Part shown: positions 39,486 through 51,393 of the stretch, one piece after another | How the letters are laid out: each line of letters opens with the position of its first letter | How positions within the stretch are numbered: position 1 is the first letter of the stretch | Assembly: GCA_905178155.1 (NCBI GenBank) | Contig: CAJINV010000001.1 | Span: 6,543,860 to 6,607,859, forward strand | Length of the DNA stretch: 64,000 nt | Reading direction: 5' to 3' | Source: Amoebophrya sp. A120 | Taxonomy: Eukaryota; Protista; Dinoflagellata | Translations under genes and position numbers: made by a program | The notes under the pieces: generated by a model | The model's input: the letters and a program-made list of their open reading frames with translations, nothing else | Told to the model about the DNA's origin: nothing | Databases searched by the model: none

Positions 39486-39977
39486 ATGAAAATGTAAATG
39501 AAACAAGACCGCGGACGTCTCCAACTTCTACATCGAGAAAAAATTGCAGCGTTTTCATGATTTCTGTTGACAACTCGTGTGCTGTGTCGTGCGTCCTGCT
39601 CCGTTTTTCGAAATGCGATTCAGGAGTGTATCATTCCGTTTGCAACCGAGTGCGACGAAAATTTTCTTGCATTTTTTCCATTTCGAACGAACTTTTTTTT
39701 GTGCAGCAGATGAAACAAATCATCCGCTCTCCCGCTCTCATTCATTCTCATTCATCTGGTGGAAGCAGCTGTAGGTGTAGCTTATTGTGTGAAGGTGTAA
39801 AGATGCTCCTCCACAAGTAGAGAGTTAACCTTGTTAGTTCTACATGCATGGGCCGAATTTTCCGCGTTGCAACTACAGGCCGTTTATGTTTCATCTCATA
39901 TGTTGGCGTTGCGGCCCTTGGTCACATTATTCCAAGTTATCTGACGCTTTCCGACTGTCAATGCGTTCACACTTGTA

Positions 39978-40942
39978 CTAAGCGGAAATTTTCCGGAAGC
40001 TGGAAAATTGAAAAAAGTCCCTCCCTTTCGCAGTGGCTCCCATCATGGAAGCGAATTCTGGCGCGCATTTTCTAGGCAGCCAAGCAAAACCGGCGCTTTC
40101 CCCAGAAATTTGGGGGCCGGACTTGGGGCCCTTTGGGATGACTCGCGCCCAGCTGTATCCGGCGTTTTTTGAGCGCAAAACCAAGAAGGCGAAAAAAGCG
40201 CGGCCAAGCATGGGCGCGGCTTATGGTGCGCCCCCCGCCCCTATTTCAGTTCATTTTGGAGCGCAAAGCCGAAGGCTTCCCGGTGTGCTTAAAAGCTGCA
40301 CAAAATCGGGGGCGTGCCGTGGTGTTTCGAGCCGCGAAAGGCGCCAGGGGGCAAAAAGTCGCATCTTTTTGGCCCCGAGTGGCCGGGTCCGGGGCCGCCC
40401 CTCCCCCCCTCCCCGGGGGCCCGGGCCGGCGTTTTCCGAAAAAATTCAATCAGCATGCTATGGACCCGATTTTTGCCCTTTTCCGGGGCCCCCCGGAAAG
40501 CCCCTCCGGACCCCCTCTGGCCCGGGTCCTTTCCGGCTTTTCCGAAAAAATTCAAGACGATGGGTATCCGTTGATTTTCCGTCCAATCACGGTGGGAGTA
40601 CGAAGAAGGTGCGTGAATTGAACCCCCAGGCAATATCTTTGTCCTCACGCTCCCACAATAGTTGGGCGAAATATGAGGGACTTCGGGTCGTTGTGGGCCT
40701 TGTTCAACAGCCGCACGCGGACCCTCCTCGATTCGCGACAGCTCTGATATTGTGGCACGCTGAGCATCTGTGAGTGAGGATCTTTGAAGGGACCCGATTG
40801 CGCGTTTGATTGAGCAGGAGCAGGAACATTCGCGCAGCGACCCGCCGAGCAGCCGCCTCTTCTCGACGTCGTGCTCGCCACGTCGTCTTCAAAAGGGCAG
40901 AACTTTTTTCAATTTTCCGGCTTCCGGGAAATTTCCACTTAG
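39978..40942. mobile_element. 965-bp non-autonomous DNA transposon (MITE-like, TA target duplication)
   Basis: 51-bp terminal inverted repeats at 39978-40028 and 40892-40942 (about 45/51 identical), flanked by TA at 39976-39977 and 40943-40944. No transposase ORF inside. Confidence 0.8.
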
Positions 40943-41627
40943 TAACTTGCGCATCTCATTCACTGAAAATTTTTCTGGCAGGACGACAACTCATTCCAAT
41001 TTGAAAATATGATGTTTCCGCGGACTAAAAACTCACTCTTATCGATTTTCATTGATTTGCTGACTGAGTCTTGTATGTGTTCAAACAAATGGAAACTCAT
41101 GTTTATTGTTGTGGCACAGGAACGAACGGGGTGGTCGATCCCGGTGTGGGACGATTACAACATTGGCAATTTGTGTCTTCGTCGCTTTTACCTGACACGT
41201 TGCTTTGGGATCGGAGACAGCGTGAGGTACCACAAGCTCATGTAGCTCGGTTGTTTTGACATTGTTGTGCAGCGTAAAAGCAAATAAATGGATCGAAATT
41301 GATGTCTTCCATCTTGATCTTCGATCCGCATTCTGGCCAGATCCTGCAGCAGTCTTTTGGTTTTGCATATATGTCCGTGTCGATCTGCATCTATCGCCCT
41401 AGCATGTTTGGCCGATCCAGCACGTTCGTCGTTCGTTCATCTTTGTCTTTTTTTGTGGCCTGTTGTATGTTGGCTTGCAAGTTGACCTGTTCTTCTTTCA
41501 TCTTCTACGTAAAAAGAAAACTCTTTATACCTAATGTGCAATGTTGGAGAAATGACATATTCGTTTTAGGTCATCGGTGGTGCAGGTTCCGAGTCTATTT
41601 TATCAGGCAAAGATAGTAGTGTAGAAC

Positions 41628-43843
41628 ATGGCAATTTCAACAGACACCGAAAATGGGGCTCGTCTCTCCGACAGGGGACGAGAGTCAAGTGAAGTTGTTT
41701 CACCCACAGCTGCACATACATCGGGCATGGGACGTCCCTCGGAGGACAAAACGAAACGAAAAATTGGTGGAGAGAGATCTCCGGAACGCGAGCATGAGCG
41801 CCACGATGTCGGCACAAGCGCCGCCGCTAACCACGATAGAGACTATGACTTCGCTTTGAAATACATTTTAACAGAGCATCCGCGTTCGCAGGAAATATTC
41901 GAAGCAACGCAGCAACGTGACCCTGCGCAATTCGAGGCGGCGGTCACGCGTCTAGGTGATCAATGTGCGCTCGAGAAGGAGCTTCCAGCACCCAAGGGCT
42001 GGACTCTGCTGCAGATGGCTATGCTGGTTGGTAAAGCTGACATTGTTCGCAAGTTGGCAGAGGCTGGAGCAGACTTGAACTACCGCTCGACAACGAATGG
42101 CTGCACTGCCCTTGCATTCTGCGTGTCTCCGCCGGCTCGCAATAGCGTGCGGCCACCATCATCTGCCTTGGACACACTCGTGGACGCCGCCCTCCAAATC
42201 GACCTGCGGGAAAACCTTGTCGCTTTGCTTTTGGGGCTTGGCGCCAATCCCGATGTCGAATTTGATGGAAAGAAACTGGATGAGTTTGACGCCGCCACTC
42301 ACGGTTTCCGCTAGAGCTTTACTTCTTTGATTTTAATGATGCCTGTAGATTTTTATTTGCCCTTGTCGAGAAGAAATGTGTTGAGTATCGATATTGTTTC
42401 ATGTATTCGCGCACCGACGTTTCGTTTTCTTGGAGCAAAGATGGTTTCGCATTTTGATCGGTGTGTCAGTCAAGGGTAATGGTGAACATACCTCCAACTC
42501 AAAATACAAGCCAAACGCAAACCCAAATCCGTTTCCGTCTACCGCGCGAACATGATTTTGATTTTTAGGTATGAAATACAATTTCGAGCGGGCGCGTCTT
42601 CCCGCTGTGCGGAAGTGGTTTGACGTTGACGCGGAGAAACGGATGAAGAAGATGGCAGCGCTGATCAAGCTGCCGAATCTCCCGAACATTCGCGAACTTC
42701 CATTTTCTCTCATCGGCCAAAGCTGGGCGGTCACTACTCTGAACACCGCTATTCGCGATTGGGCCTTTCAGTTACCGAGCAATCCAGGCGGAGCGTGCCT
42801 CGCGCTAGTGTTCGCTGGCCCTTCTGGTCATGGAAAAACTGAGCTTGCGAAGAAGCTCTCGGAAGTTTTGTGCCGTAGCCCGGACGATTTTCACAAAGTC
42901 GATTGCGCAAGCCTGCGTACTAAATATTTGTTTTGGGACTTTACACACATGATCATGCAACATTACGCTGCGCTGCAGTATCGCGACGTTTTTTCTTTTT
43001 TACCTTGACCCGTACTGGCCGCATTCATCAAATATGACAGGTACCGCTAGTGAGATTTTTGGAATGGGAGGTGCCTACCAAGGAGCGAAACAAGGTTCAT
43101 CTCTGAACAACTGGATGAAAGCACACGACGACAAAATTGGCGTCGTCATCTTTGATGAGCTGGAGAAGGCGGAACACGACGTGCGCACCCAGCTTCTGAA
43201 TATTCTCGACAAAGGCGAGTTTCAGGATAAGCAGTTGACATCCAGCAGTCAATCCAAGCGGGTCAACTGCCGCAAGATTGTTTGGATTTTCACCACAAAC
43301 GCCTTTGATCCATTGATCATGGAGGAAACGAAAGATTGGCAGGTGCACAGCGGCAGCGCAAAAATCATGGACCGTTCGAAGCGGGCTCTGGAAAACCGCC
43401 TCCGAAAAAAGATGCAACAGACCTTCGAAGTGTGTTTCGCCGGGCGTATCAACCGCCTCGTCACATTTGTCCCGTTCTGCGCACCGGATAAGCCTTCCGA
43501 TTGCATCCTCGATGACGAAACAAGAGTTTTGCTGGACGCGGGCGTGTCCCGCGACTTCGCGTGGTTTCAAGACAAGAAGCGAAACCATCACGACGACATC
43601 CCGGTTGATTTTGCCCGTCCGGAGGATCGACAAGATTTTCTCGATCTTCTCCGTGAAAACTACCACCGGGACGAAGGCGCGCGCTGCGTCAACCGTTTGC
43701 TTGAGCAGTTCCTGCGTGGCCCAGTGATCGGAAAATGGCATCTGGACAAGATGCAAACCGCGAAACAGAAAGCAGAAATCCGAGTTAACGCGACGGAAGC
43801 CGAGGTGGAAATCGACATCATTCCGAACGATTGCGATTCTTGA
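41628..43843 (+). CDS. Ankyrin-repeat plus ClpB/Hsp104 NBD2-type AAA+ ATPase (608 aa)
   Basis: Introns 42304-42568 and 42917-43040 (both phase 1, GT-AG). Ankyrin GWTLLQMAMLVGKADIVRKLAEAGADLN and LLLGLGANPD; Walker A GPSGHGKTELAK, pore loop GAYQG, Walker B VIFDELEKA, sensor-1 IFTTN, R-finger AGRIN, sensor-2 EGAR. Confidence 0.88.
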
Positions 43844-43964
43844 TATCTTCATTGAGACAAACCAGAAACGACGAACTTGATCAATAAATACATCAGAAGC
43901 AACAATATTCTCATTCACACAGTAATCACGACCAATCAGAAAAATTAGCTCGCGACTTCATTCC

Positions 43965-44670
43965 AAAAAATATCGTTGTAACAACCATGCCTCAATTCGA
44001 GGCATCTCCCCTCCGGCCCTACCATAGGCACGCTCGGTCTGCCCCACCATAGGCGGACTGTGCAACGGAGTGACATCGGCTACGGCGTGGATGTCCGCAA
44101 GACGGTGCCTCATCACAGGGCGCGCGTCTTGCACGAGTGCACTGCCAGCACTCACACGAACAAGCCGCCCAACCAGTAGCGACCAGGACCGACGCCCCAC
44201 ACCCGTCCGTCCCGCCTCCGCTTTTCCTCGGTATTGCGCTCGGGTTCGCGCTGAGACTAATGCCGGAGCACTATAAGCCCTGGCCAATCATCCACGGAGC
44301 GACCGCATACATACCAAGCCCCCGGGGCCCATACCACGGGCGGGGCTCGCGGCGGATGTTTTGGCCTCGCCGTGTTGGGTGGTTACTGCCCCGCGTTTTT
44401 CTCACACGGGCCCGCAGTGAAATACCGGGGGAAGCATCCCTGCAGGACTCGCCAACACCCACGTAGGTAGCTGCCGCCCCTGCCTACCAGAGCGGGGGCC
44501 ATGGATGGAAATGACAGCGAGCCGCCACACTGCACGACCATCCATCGCCCGCGAGAAGGCGACCCCCTGGCCGTTGCGCGAGCAGCACCACACGGAAGAC
44601 CACAATCGGGCTCCGACCCGCTGCGCGACGGTTGCCCGCTACCACACGGGTGGCCGTCCATCTCATTCGT
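43965..44670 (-). ncRNA. Candidate structured non-coding element, identity unknown (ncRNA or retroposon UTR/SINE)
   Basis: GC-rich block without a convincing ORF and dense in local stems (43987-44005, 44097-44132, 44135-44153, 44501-44545 and others). The minus strand is G/T-rich and ends in a hairpin followed by T6 (43965-43970). Confidence 0.35.
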
Positions 44671-44689
44671 TCACTTTGTATGTATATGT

Positions 44690-45800
44690 AATGTGATTCA
44701 AGAATTGATGTGTCTGATGAAAAAATTTGCAGTGTCTGATTTTGCAGTGTCACAGGGACATGCTCAATCATCACTCCAATAATCGATCAATCTAATATTT
44801 GTGTGATGCAAAAATTTTTGCAATGCAACAGGATCATATTCAACTATTACTCCAAAAATAATCGAATAAACATTTGATTTTTTTTTTAAGATATTCTATT
44901 CGATCATCATATTATATGATTTGGTTTTTCATCGGGATCGCTCGAATTTTCATATGGATTAATATTTTCAGAATTTTTTTATTTTTGATTCCTAGAAGAT
45001 GAAGACATCGATTCTTTCTCAAAATCATATCCCTTCATACAAATAATTTCATTTTCATATCTGGATGTATTTCATCATTGAAAAATTTTGATGAGATATT
45101 GATGGATCATATGATTCAGATTTTGCAAAATTTATTATATAAAAAAATATTTTCTGATTGATTCCATAGATCCATCGGATTTCCATCATGAATCATATTC
45201 TTATGAATTCTTCGGATTTCCATTAGGGATTTCGATTTCCAATATGAATCATATCCGAATCATATTCTTATGAATCGAAATCCCTCGGATTTCCATATAT
45301 TGAAATCGAAGATCGGGATTATTGTCGGAAGATCAATGTTTTTTTTAAAATTTTTCCCGGGTATGATTTTAATTTTTATAGAGAGAATGAATTTGCATTC
45401 CATTTCCGATATCAATCCAGATCATGGAGGATTCCAATCCATCTCATAATGATGGACACAAAATATTTGTTCTTTCTGAAGATATTAATCTGATATTTCA
45501 AAATTGATGCAGTCAGAGAAGATCTTTCCTCCTTCTCAAATGCCATTGAATATATATATAATCAGAATCCATGACAAAAATTGAATCATGATTTCTTGCA
45601 AACTTAAATCATAAATCAATGCCGAAAACATTCCGCGAATCAAAAGAAATGATTGAAGAAATCGAGAACAATTTTTCTATTCAAACGAACCCCATCGAAT
45701 CCAAATTGCGAAAAATATGTTTAAGTTTATGTCAGAAAGAAAATTGGGATGAAAACAAATTGATCTTTGATTTGACCCAAATGAAGCAGAAGATTTGAGT
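44690..45800. repeat. AT-rich low-complexity island with short direct and inverted repeats
   Basis: Abrupt drop in GC and almost no ORFs. gaatcatattcttatgaat x2 (45190, 45257), tcggatttccat x3 (45175, 45212, 45285), perfect 13-bp inverted repeat 45225-45237/45273-45285, tttgcagtgtc x2 near 44726-44750. Confidence 0.75.
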
Positions 45801-45990
45801 CCCCTCCCATCAGGAGGTGTTCCCGTTCTTTTCATCTCCTGGTTGTAGAAAAATGCAGAAATTGGCGTAAGTGTAGTCGGAACACGGGGGACACGCGGGG
45901 GCGCTGCTTTGTGCGCGTGGAGGCCAAGCTTCTGCTTCCCTGGCAACCTCTATTTCGCAGAAGAATGCAGAAATTGAAGCGCGATGTTAG

Positions 45991-47154
45991 TCATTTGTGT
46001 CGGAATCGCGTTTCCATCCCCTCCGTGTTCCACAGATGCGATGGCTTCATACCAAAGTTCCAGGCTGCGATGAAGAAAATCACGAGCGCAGGCGCCAGAT
46101 GGAATTTCAACCTCGTCCCCCATTCGACGATCTCCTGTGCCCCCGTTACATCCCCATCATTGTGCATTCCGGCCGAAAACGCCAGTACGACGTATACTAC
46201 AGGAATCGCGACGAGCACCACAAGCAGGGCTGACGCGATGTAGACCGACCTTGGAGCAGCAGAACTTCCCGACATCATTAAGTCGCTCGGCCGTGTTCCG
46301 GCTTTGGACGCATCGAAGAGCAAGACCTTCATTCCCCAAGCCATGCCCAGAACGTAGCTGAAACTAAACACCGCTTCGTTCTGAATCCGCGCCTGCGCCT
46401 CGTGTTCCGTTTCCGCCGTGGCCGCATTCCAAACGCAGAAGGCCGTAATAGCGGCCATGATAAGTAACGCGACACTGTATACGCGCAGGCACTTGTCGCT
46501 CAGGGCGGTGAGCGATTCTTCCGCTTCAGAGGCGGAGCCTGTTGCCTGAAGACCTCCACCTTGTTGCTCATGCTCGTCCGACTCAGGAGCGATTTTGTTG
46601 GCTTCAGAAAGAGCCGACGTCTCTGCCGTGCCCTGTTTCCCGTTGGCTGTCCGTGCCGTCCACTTTTCGCACAATTTAGTCCGTCCCACAATCAGCGCTT
46701 GGATGCCGACCCACGCCGACACGCCGAAGACCGCGGCCCAGATGCAAGCGTCCACGGTGGCGAGCAAACTGCTTTCGTCGGTGACTTTCTCCGCTAAGGC
46801 CTCCTCTTCGGACCGTGGTCGGTCGACGGTCAGGAAGTGCAACAGCCAACAGCCGCCGTTGACCAGAAAGGCGAGTCGGCAGACGACGTTGAGCTTCGAA
46901 AAATCCAGAAGCCCGTAGTGCAGCGTGCCGAGGTACATCATTTGGCACAACGCCACGTCGAACGTGAGGGTCGAGGTCCTCACTGCGTAGCCGGCCGGGC
47001 CGATGGCGTCGAGCACTTCGAGGATGGCGAATACCCATTTCACCGCTTGCAGAGACACGAAGGCGAGCAGGAGTTTCGGGTAGTGGGAAACAAAGTCGGG
47101 AGAAAAAGCCGCACTCTGTGTGGTGTTGTCCTGTTGTCCAGCAATTTCTGTCAT
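45991..47154 (-). CDS. Polytopic membrane protein of unknown function
   Basis: Long single ORF (open from 47313; likely ATG 47154) with about 7-8 hydrophobic segments separated by acidic loops. Confidence 0.75.
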   Translation of the reverse strand: MTEIAGQQDNTTQSAAFSPDFVSHYPKLLLAFVSLQAVKWVFAILEVLDAIGPAGYAVRTSTLTFDVALCQMMYLGTLHYGLLDFSKLNVVCRLAFLVNGGCWLLHFLTVDRPRSEEEALAEKVTDESSLLATVDACIWAAVFGVSAWVGIQALIVGRTKLCEKWTARTANGKQGTAETSALSEANKIAPESDEHEQQGGGLQATGSASEAEESLTALSDKCLRVYSVALLIMAAITAFCVWNAATAETEHEAQARIQNEAVFSFSYVLGMAWGMKVLLFDASKAGTRPSDLMMSGSSAAPRSVYIASALLVVLVAIPVVYVVLAFSAGMHNDGDVTGAQEIVEWGTRLKFHLAPALVIFFIAAWNFGMKPSHLWNTEGMETRFRHK

Positions 47155-47843
47155 TCTGCAACAAAACGAGGCTCCTTCGCATTCGCTATGATCAAGCTGC
47201 GGAAAAACAACAGTATGAAAAAATTCCTGTTGGTCTATCGCTGCATACCGCCATTTGCATTTGGAAAGACAACGCATACGGAAAGCGAAACTGCATGGAG
47301 TACGCTGTCTCACTCAGTGGTACTCTTTCGATGGTACGTACTGACGTCTAGCAAGTAGCACTCCTGCCGAAAAACCCACACGCGGTCACACACTCAACGT
47401 CAACGTCGCGTCTCAGCCAAAAGCAAGGCAAAACTGCGTGTCACTCTTGACAGACGAAGACGATCATGAACCAGTCAGCTTGCTTTCACGTCGAGGTCGC
47501 AGGTTCTTGGCATGATGATGAGGAAAGCAACATCATGTTTGTAGCAATTGGAGATGCTGCGGCCCGTTGTTTGTCGGGCATCGTAATACTATGTGTGATT
47601 CGTCGCTTTACTACTTAGTATTACGTCAACAAGGCAGCTGACCGCGTTGTAGATGAAGATTCTGGGATCGGCTTCTCGGGTTCAATGAATGAGAGTGAGT
47701 AGAGTTGTATATGGACATTAGGAAGGTGAGCGATTCCGATTGCGCGACCTCTATGTTGTTACATGTATGTATGCGTATTGTAATACTCGACTGCTGTAAG
47801 ACAGTGGCTACGTTGGACTATGACTATGACACTATGCGCATGC

Positions 47844-50552
47844 CTATGCCCCTGCATTTCCAGCAGAATGATCTTCGCGGAGGTTAGGCTCCATATCACG
47901 CGACAACTGCCCCTCAAATTGGCGAGAAAGAATTTGCACGATTTCCCGGGGGACATCGAGACAGTTATCGTAATGCGCGACGCGGCGAAGTAGCGGGAGT
48001 GTCGTGGTGCAAAGGGCGAAATATTCGGCGCTTTTGTCTCCTCTCGAGACAGCGTAATATGGAATAAGCGACATCACCTCAGCACCTTTTTGGGTTCGAC
48101 CGGCACGCCCACACCGATCTGAGAAATCGTCCGCGCTTCGCGGAAAGTCGAAGTTGAAGACAATGTCCACATTGGTGAAGTTGAGGCCCGATTTCCCAAT
48201 ATCGGTGGTCACGAGCACGCTGGTTTCTCCGCGGTTCAATCTACCCACAGCCATCTCCTGCGCTATGTTGTCCATGTCGCCTGACAGGCTCTCGGCAGAC
48301 CCAGACTCGTCGCCCTTCACCTTCGAGCCTGACCAGTACTCCCTGCTTCTCTGTAGGTTCTGTGCTACCTCGTGGGCGCGGACTCGTTCGTTGACAAAAA
48401 CTAAGGAGCGGAAACTGGGTTTCTTGTTGTGCCTGTTGTGACGATATTTTGGGCTTCTCGGTACGGTTCTTGCTTTTGAATTTGAAACAAACACCGTCAC
48501 ACTCAAAAGTAGTCCTTACACGCCGACAAACTACTAAAACACATCTTCGCTCAGAAACCGGCGAAAGATTGAAACTATACCACTTCCTCAACTCGTCCAG
48601 CAGCTTGTGGGTCATTTGCTTCATTTGCGGGCTGTCTACGCTGTAGCCTCCTTCGGGAGAGATGGCGCTGCCACTCGGCGCGGGAACCTCAACTGCAGCC
48701 AAGTGATGCTCTGCGATCCTGCCACCGGATGGCTCGCAGGTCTCCGAGGCTGTGGCCACTTTCGCCACAAGGAGCGGCGCGCCGAGGTTCTTGCTCATCC
48801 CGTTGCCGAACTGCATCCACGATTTCACGCGGGGCTCGACTTGCTGCCTCATGTCGTCCCCAATTCCCAGCCAGAGAAATCGGGGCTTGAAGGGATTCTT
48901 TGCGGTGTACCCGATTCGTCGCCCAAGGATATGCTTCTGCACTATTTCCTCGAGATCTGGGAAAAAGTCCTTACTATTGAGATCTTTTCCCTCCACCACC
49001 ACCAGCTCGACTTTGTCTAAACATATGATGCTGCTGCTGCTTTCTGGTTGCGACGCTGATTTATTGCAGTTTGAAGCTTATCATGGCTCCATTGAGATTG
49101 ATTTTTAGATAGAGATAGTCTTTAACATGTCGTCTTGTCTACTTCCTTGTTGGCGCGAAGCCAATTTCAAGCGACTGTGCGTGCACAGCCCCTACAGCTC
49201 GACTTCGACTTCTAGAGGGGGCTGGAGAGCCTTTAAGCTGATAAAACATTGACATTAAGTAGACACCACACTGCCGAACTTGTACCTGTAGGCTGTGCAT
49301 TCGCCTCGGACAGCTCGCCCTGCCGGCGCTGCTCTTCTACCACTTGCAGCTGCTCCATGTCTGCCTGGAGAAAGGTCCTGAGCTTTCCCGGAGTAGCTAC
49401 CAAGATATCTGCACCACAACGCGCTAGCGTAGTAAGCGTATCCTCGGCTTCGTCGGTGCCTCTTTCTTCGTCGCCCGTGACTAGCTGCACACTTGCAGGG
49501 ATACCGTGGCAGAAGGCTCTGATCATGGCCCGCGTTTGTTCGGCGAGAATCCGGGTGGATGCAATTACGAGCACACGTGGCGTCGCTGGTCCTTCGAATA
49601 CGTTCTTGAAGTGGTCCGTGTTCTGCTGTGCCCCCTCCCTCCCGATAAGCCGTCCGCCGTGCGGTTTGGATTCGCTGACTTGTAACGCTCGAGCTATCGC
49701 GAAAACGCTTCCAATAGATTTTCCACTCCCCGCGGGTGACTCTAAACAAACGGATGCCCTGTGTTATTTTGATGGGAGTGAAGATCAACATATCCTCTAG
49801 AAAGGACATGACGGTTGTAGAATCAGAACGAACGCTGACGCTCTGCGCGACACACAAGTAAAAGCAACTTTACCACGTGCACGGTGGGCGCAGCGCGGAA
49901 CAAACGTAGTAAATGCTGATCTTGATACTAGCCATGGCAATCAACTTCAACATGAAGTTTCTTTAAGTACAAAACAAAGTGAAAGACCCGAGTACCAATT
50001 CCGGGTCTCTTCGCGTGCTTGTTTGAGTAACCACCTCTGGCATTGCGTCAGGTACTTTGCTCCCCAGTAGGTCTCGAAGTTGGAAAGTACTGTCTGCAGG
50101 AAAGAGTCTTCGCTGTCGCCAGCTGCAGAATTCATGAGCGAATCTGCTTGCGCGTTCAAGCTTTTGCAGGAAGTGACTTTGCACTCTTGGAGGGTAAATG
50201 CCTCCTCGCCGTCGTCTATTTTTTCTCCGAGGGCGTTAGTCCCGCGCACATGTGTTTCTTCCATCCTGGATGCAGCGGAGTCCTCCATGTCAGAATCCGT
50301 GCGCGGGCGCTTCCCCTCGTTTCCTGCGGGGGGATCTTTCAGATCGTCTTTTCGAGCGCGCTGCTCTCCTTTTGTAATGCTCGGACTGGCGCGGCCCAGG
50401 TGTGTCTTGTTGTCTCGTTGCGCTTGCTGATAAATCTCCAGGTAGCGTAGGAGCTTCTGCCTGTCCACTGCAGGTGCCTCCACCTTTGGCTTTTTGGCGA
50501 TCGGTTCACCATGAACATCGTCTAGCTCTAGTCCACGTTTCTGCCACGACAT
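47844..50552 (-). CDS. DEAD-box-like SF2 helicase with degenerate motifs II and VI
   Basis: Introns 49759-49995, 49285 down to ~49020-49060 (acceptor ambiguous) and 48433-48580. Q-motif LTQCQ, I SPAGSGKS, Ia STRILAEQ, Ib TPGKL, II VVEGKD, IV LVFVNER, V TTDIGKSGLNF, VI DRCGRAGR. Confidence 0.8.
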
Positions 50553-51393
50553 TTCTTTGAAGTCAGTGCGGACAACACGTTCTCAGGTGTCTTAGTTGCA
50601 CCGGCGAGATGCCACAAGCGAGAAATACAAATAGGTAGTGCGTTATAAGAATTAAATCGACAAATGGAAAAGGGAAAACTCACAAGTAGTTGAGCACTTT
50701 GAAGAATTGAGTAATAAAGTATATAAAAGTGACGTCGCTGTTGATCGATATGGATATCCTGAGATCAACACAATTTTTCCGTCACGAAGACGATCATGCC
50801 AGCAGCAGGAGCTATGCATTCATTGCAATACCAAACCAAAAAATGAAGTTCAGGCTTTTGTAGATCACTAAAGCCGTAACGAACTGCAACGAAACCAATC
50901 TTTATCTTTCTCCTTGCCTTTAGACTGCTTGACTTCCTGGTGCGCTAAGGGCAGTAGGACGTCATAGGAAAAAATGAAAACTTTCGTCCTTCTACCAAGT
51001 AGTTCATTACCTGAATCAGGATCGACGCGTTACGTTCATCTTTGTTTTTCTCCTGGTTCAGCTACCAAATAACAAATTCTCATCATGTGGCACGTCATGG
51101 CAATGACGCTTCTTCTTCTCGTACCATTGGTGGGGATAACATGAATAAATGCTTTTTGTACTTGGTGGGGACGATATGAATGAAAGGCGATATTTATGCA
51201 TATGTATATGATGAAAAAGAAAAATGAGTAAATGTTGCTAAATTGGTTTCTACTTCTAGCGGTTAGTCTTGGACCTGGTGCTAGCACCTGCACCACCAAG
51301 AGTAGCATAGTATCTGCCATTTGCAAGGTCGACCTTTGACTCGTTCATCTTCGTACGTGCAGTTGGGTCCAGCAACAGTCGACAGCCCTCGTT

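Noticed and set aside
40033-40773. 246-aa ORF and overlapping ORFs inside the MITE
   Set aside because: The Pro/Gly/Arg-rich translation follows from homopolymer GC runs and has no transposase motifs.
44255-44305. Twister-ribozyme or group I intron-like words (taatgccgg..aagccc..ggag; gagacta)
   Set aside because: The required conserved core and pseudoknot partners are missing; no hammerhead CUGAnGA/GAAA core was found either.
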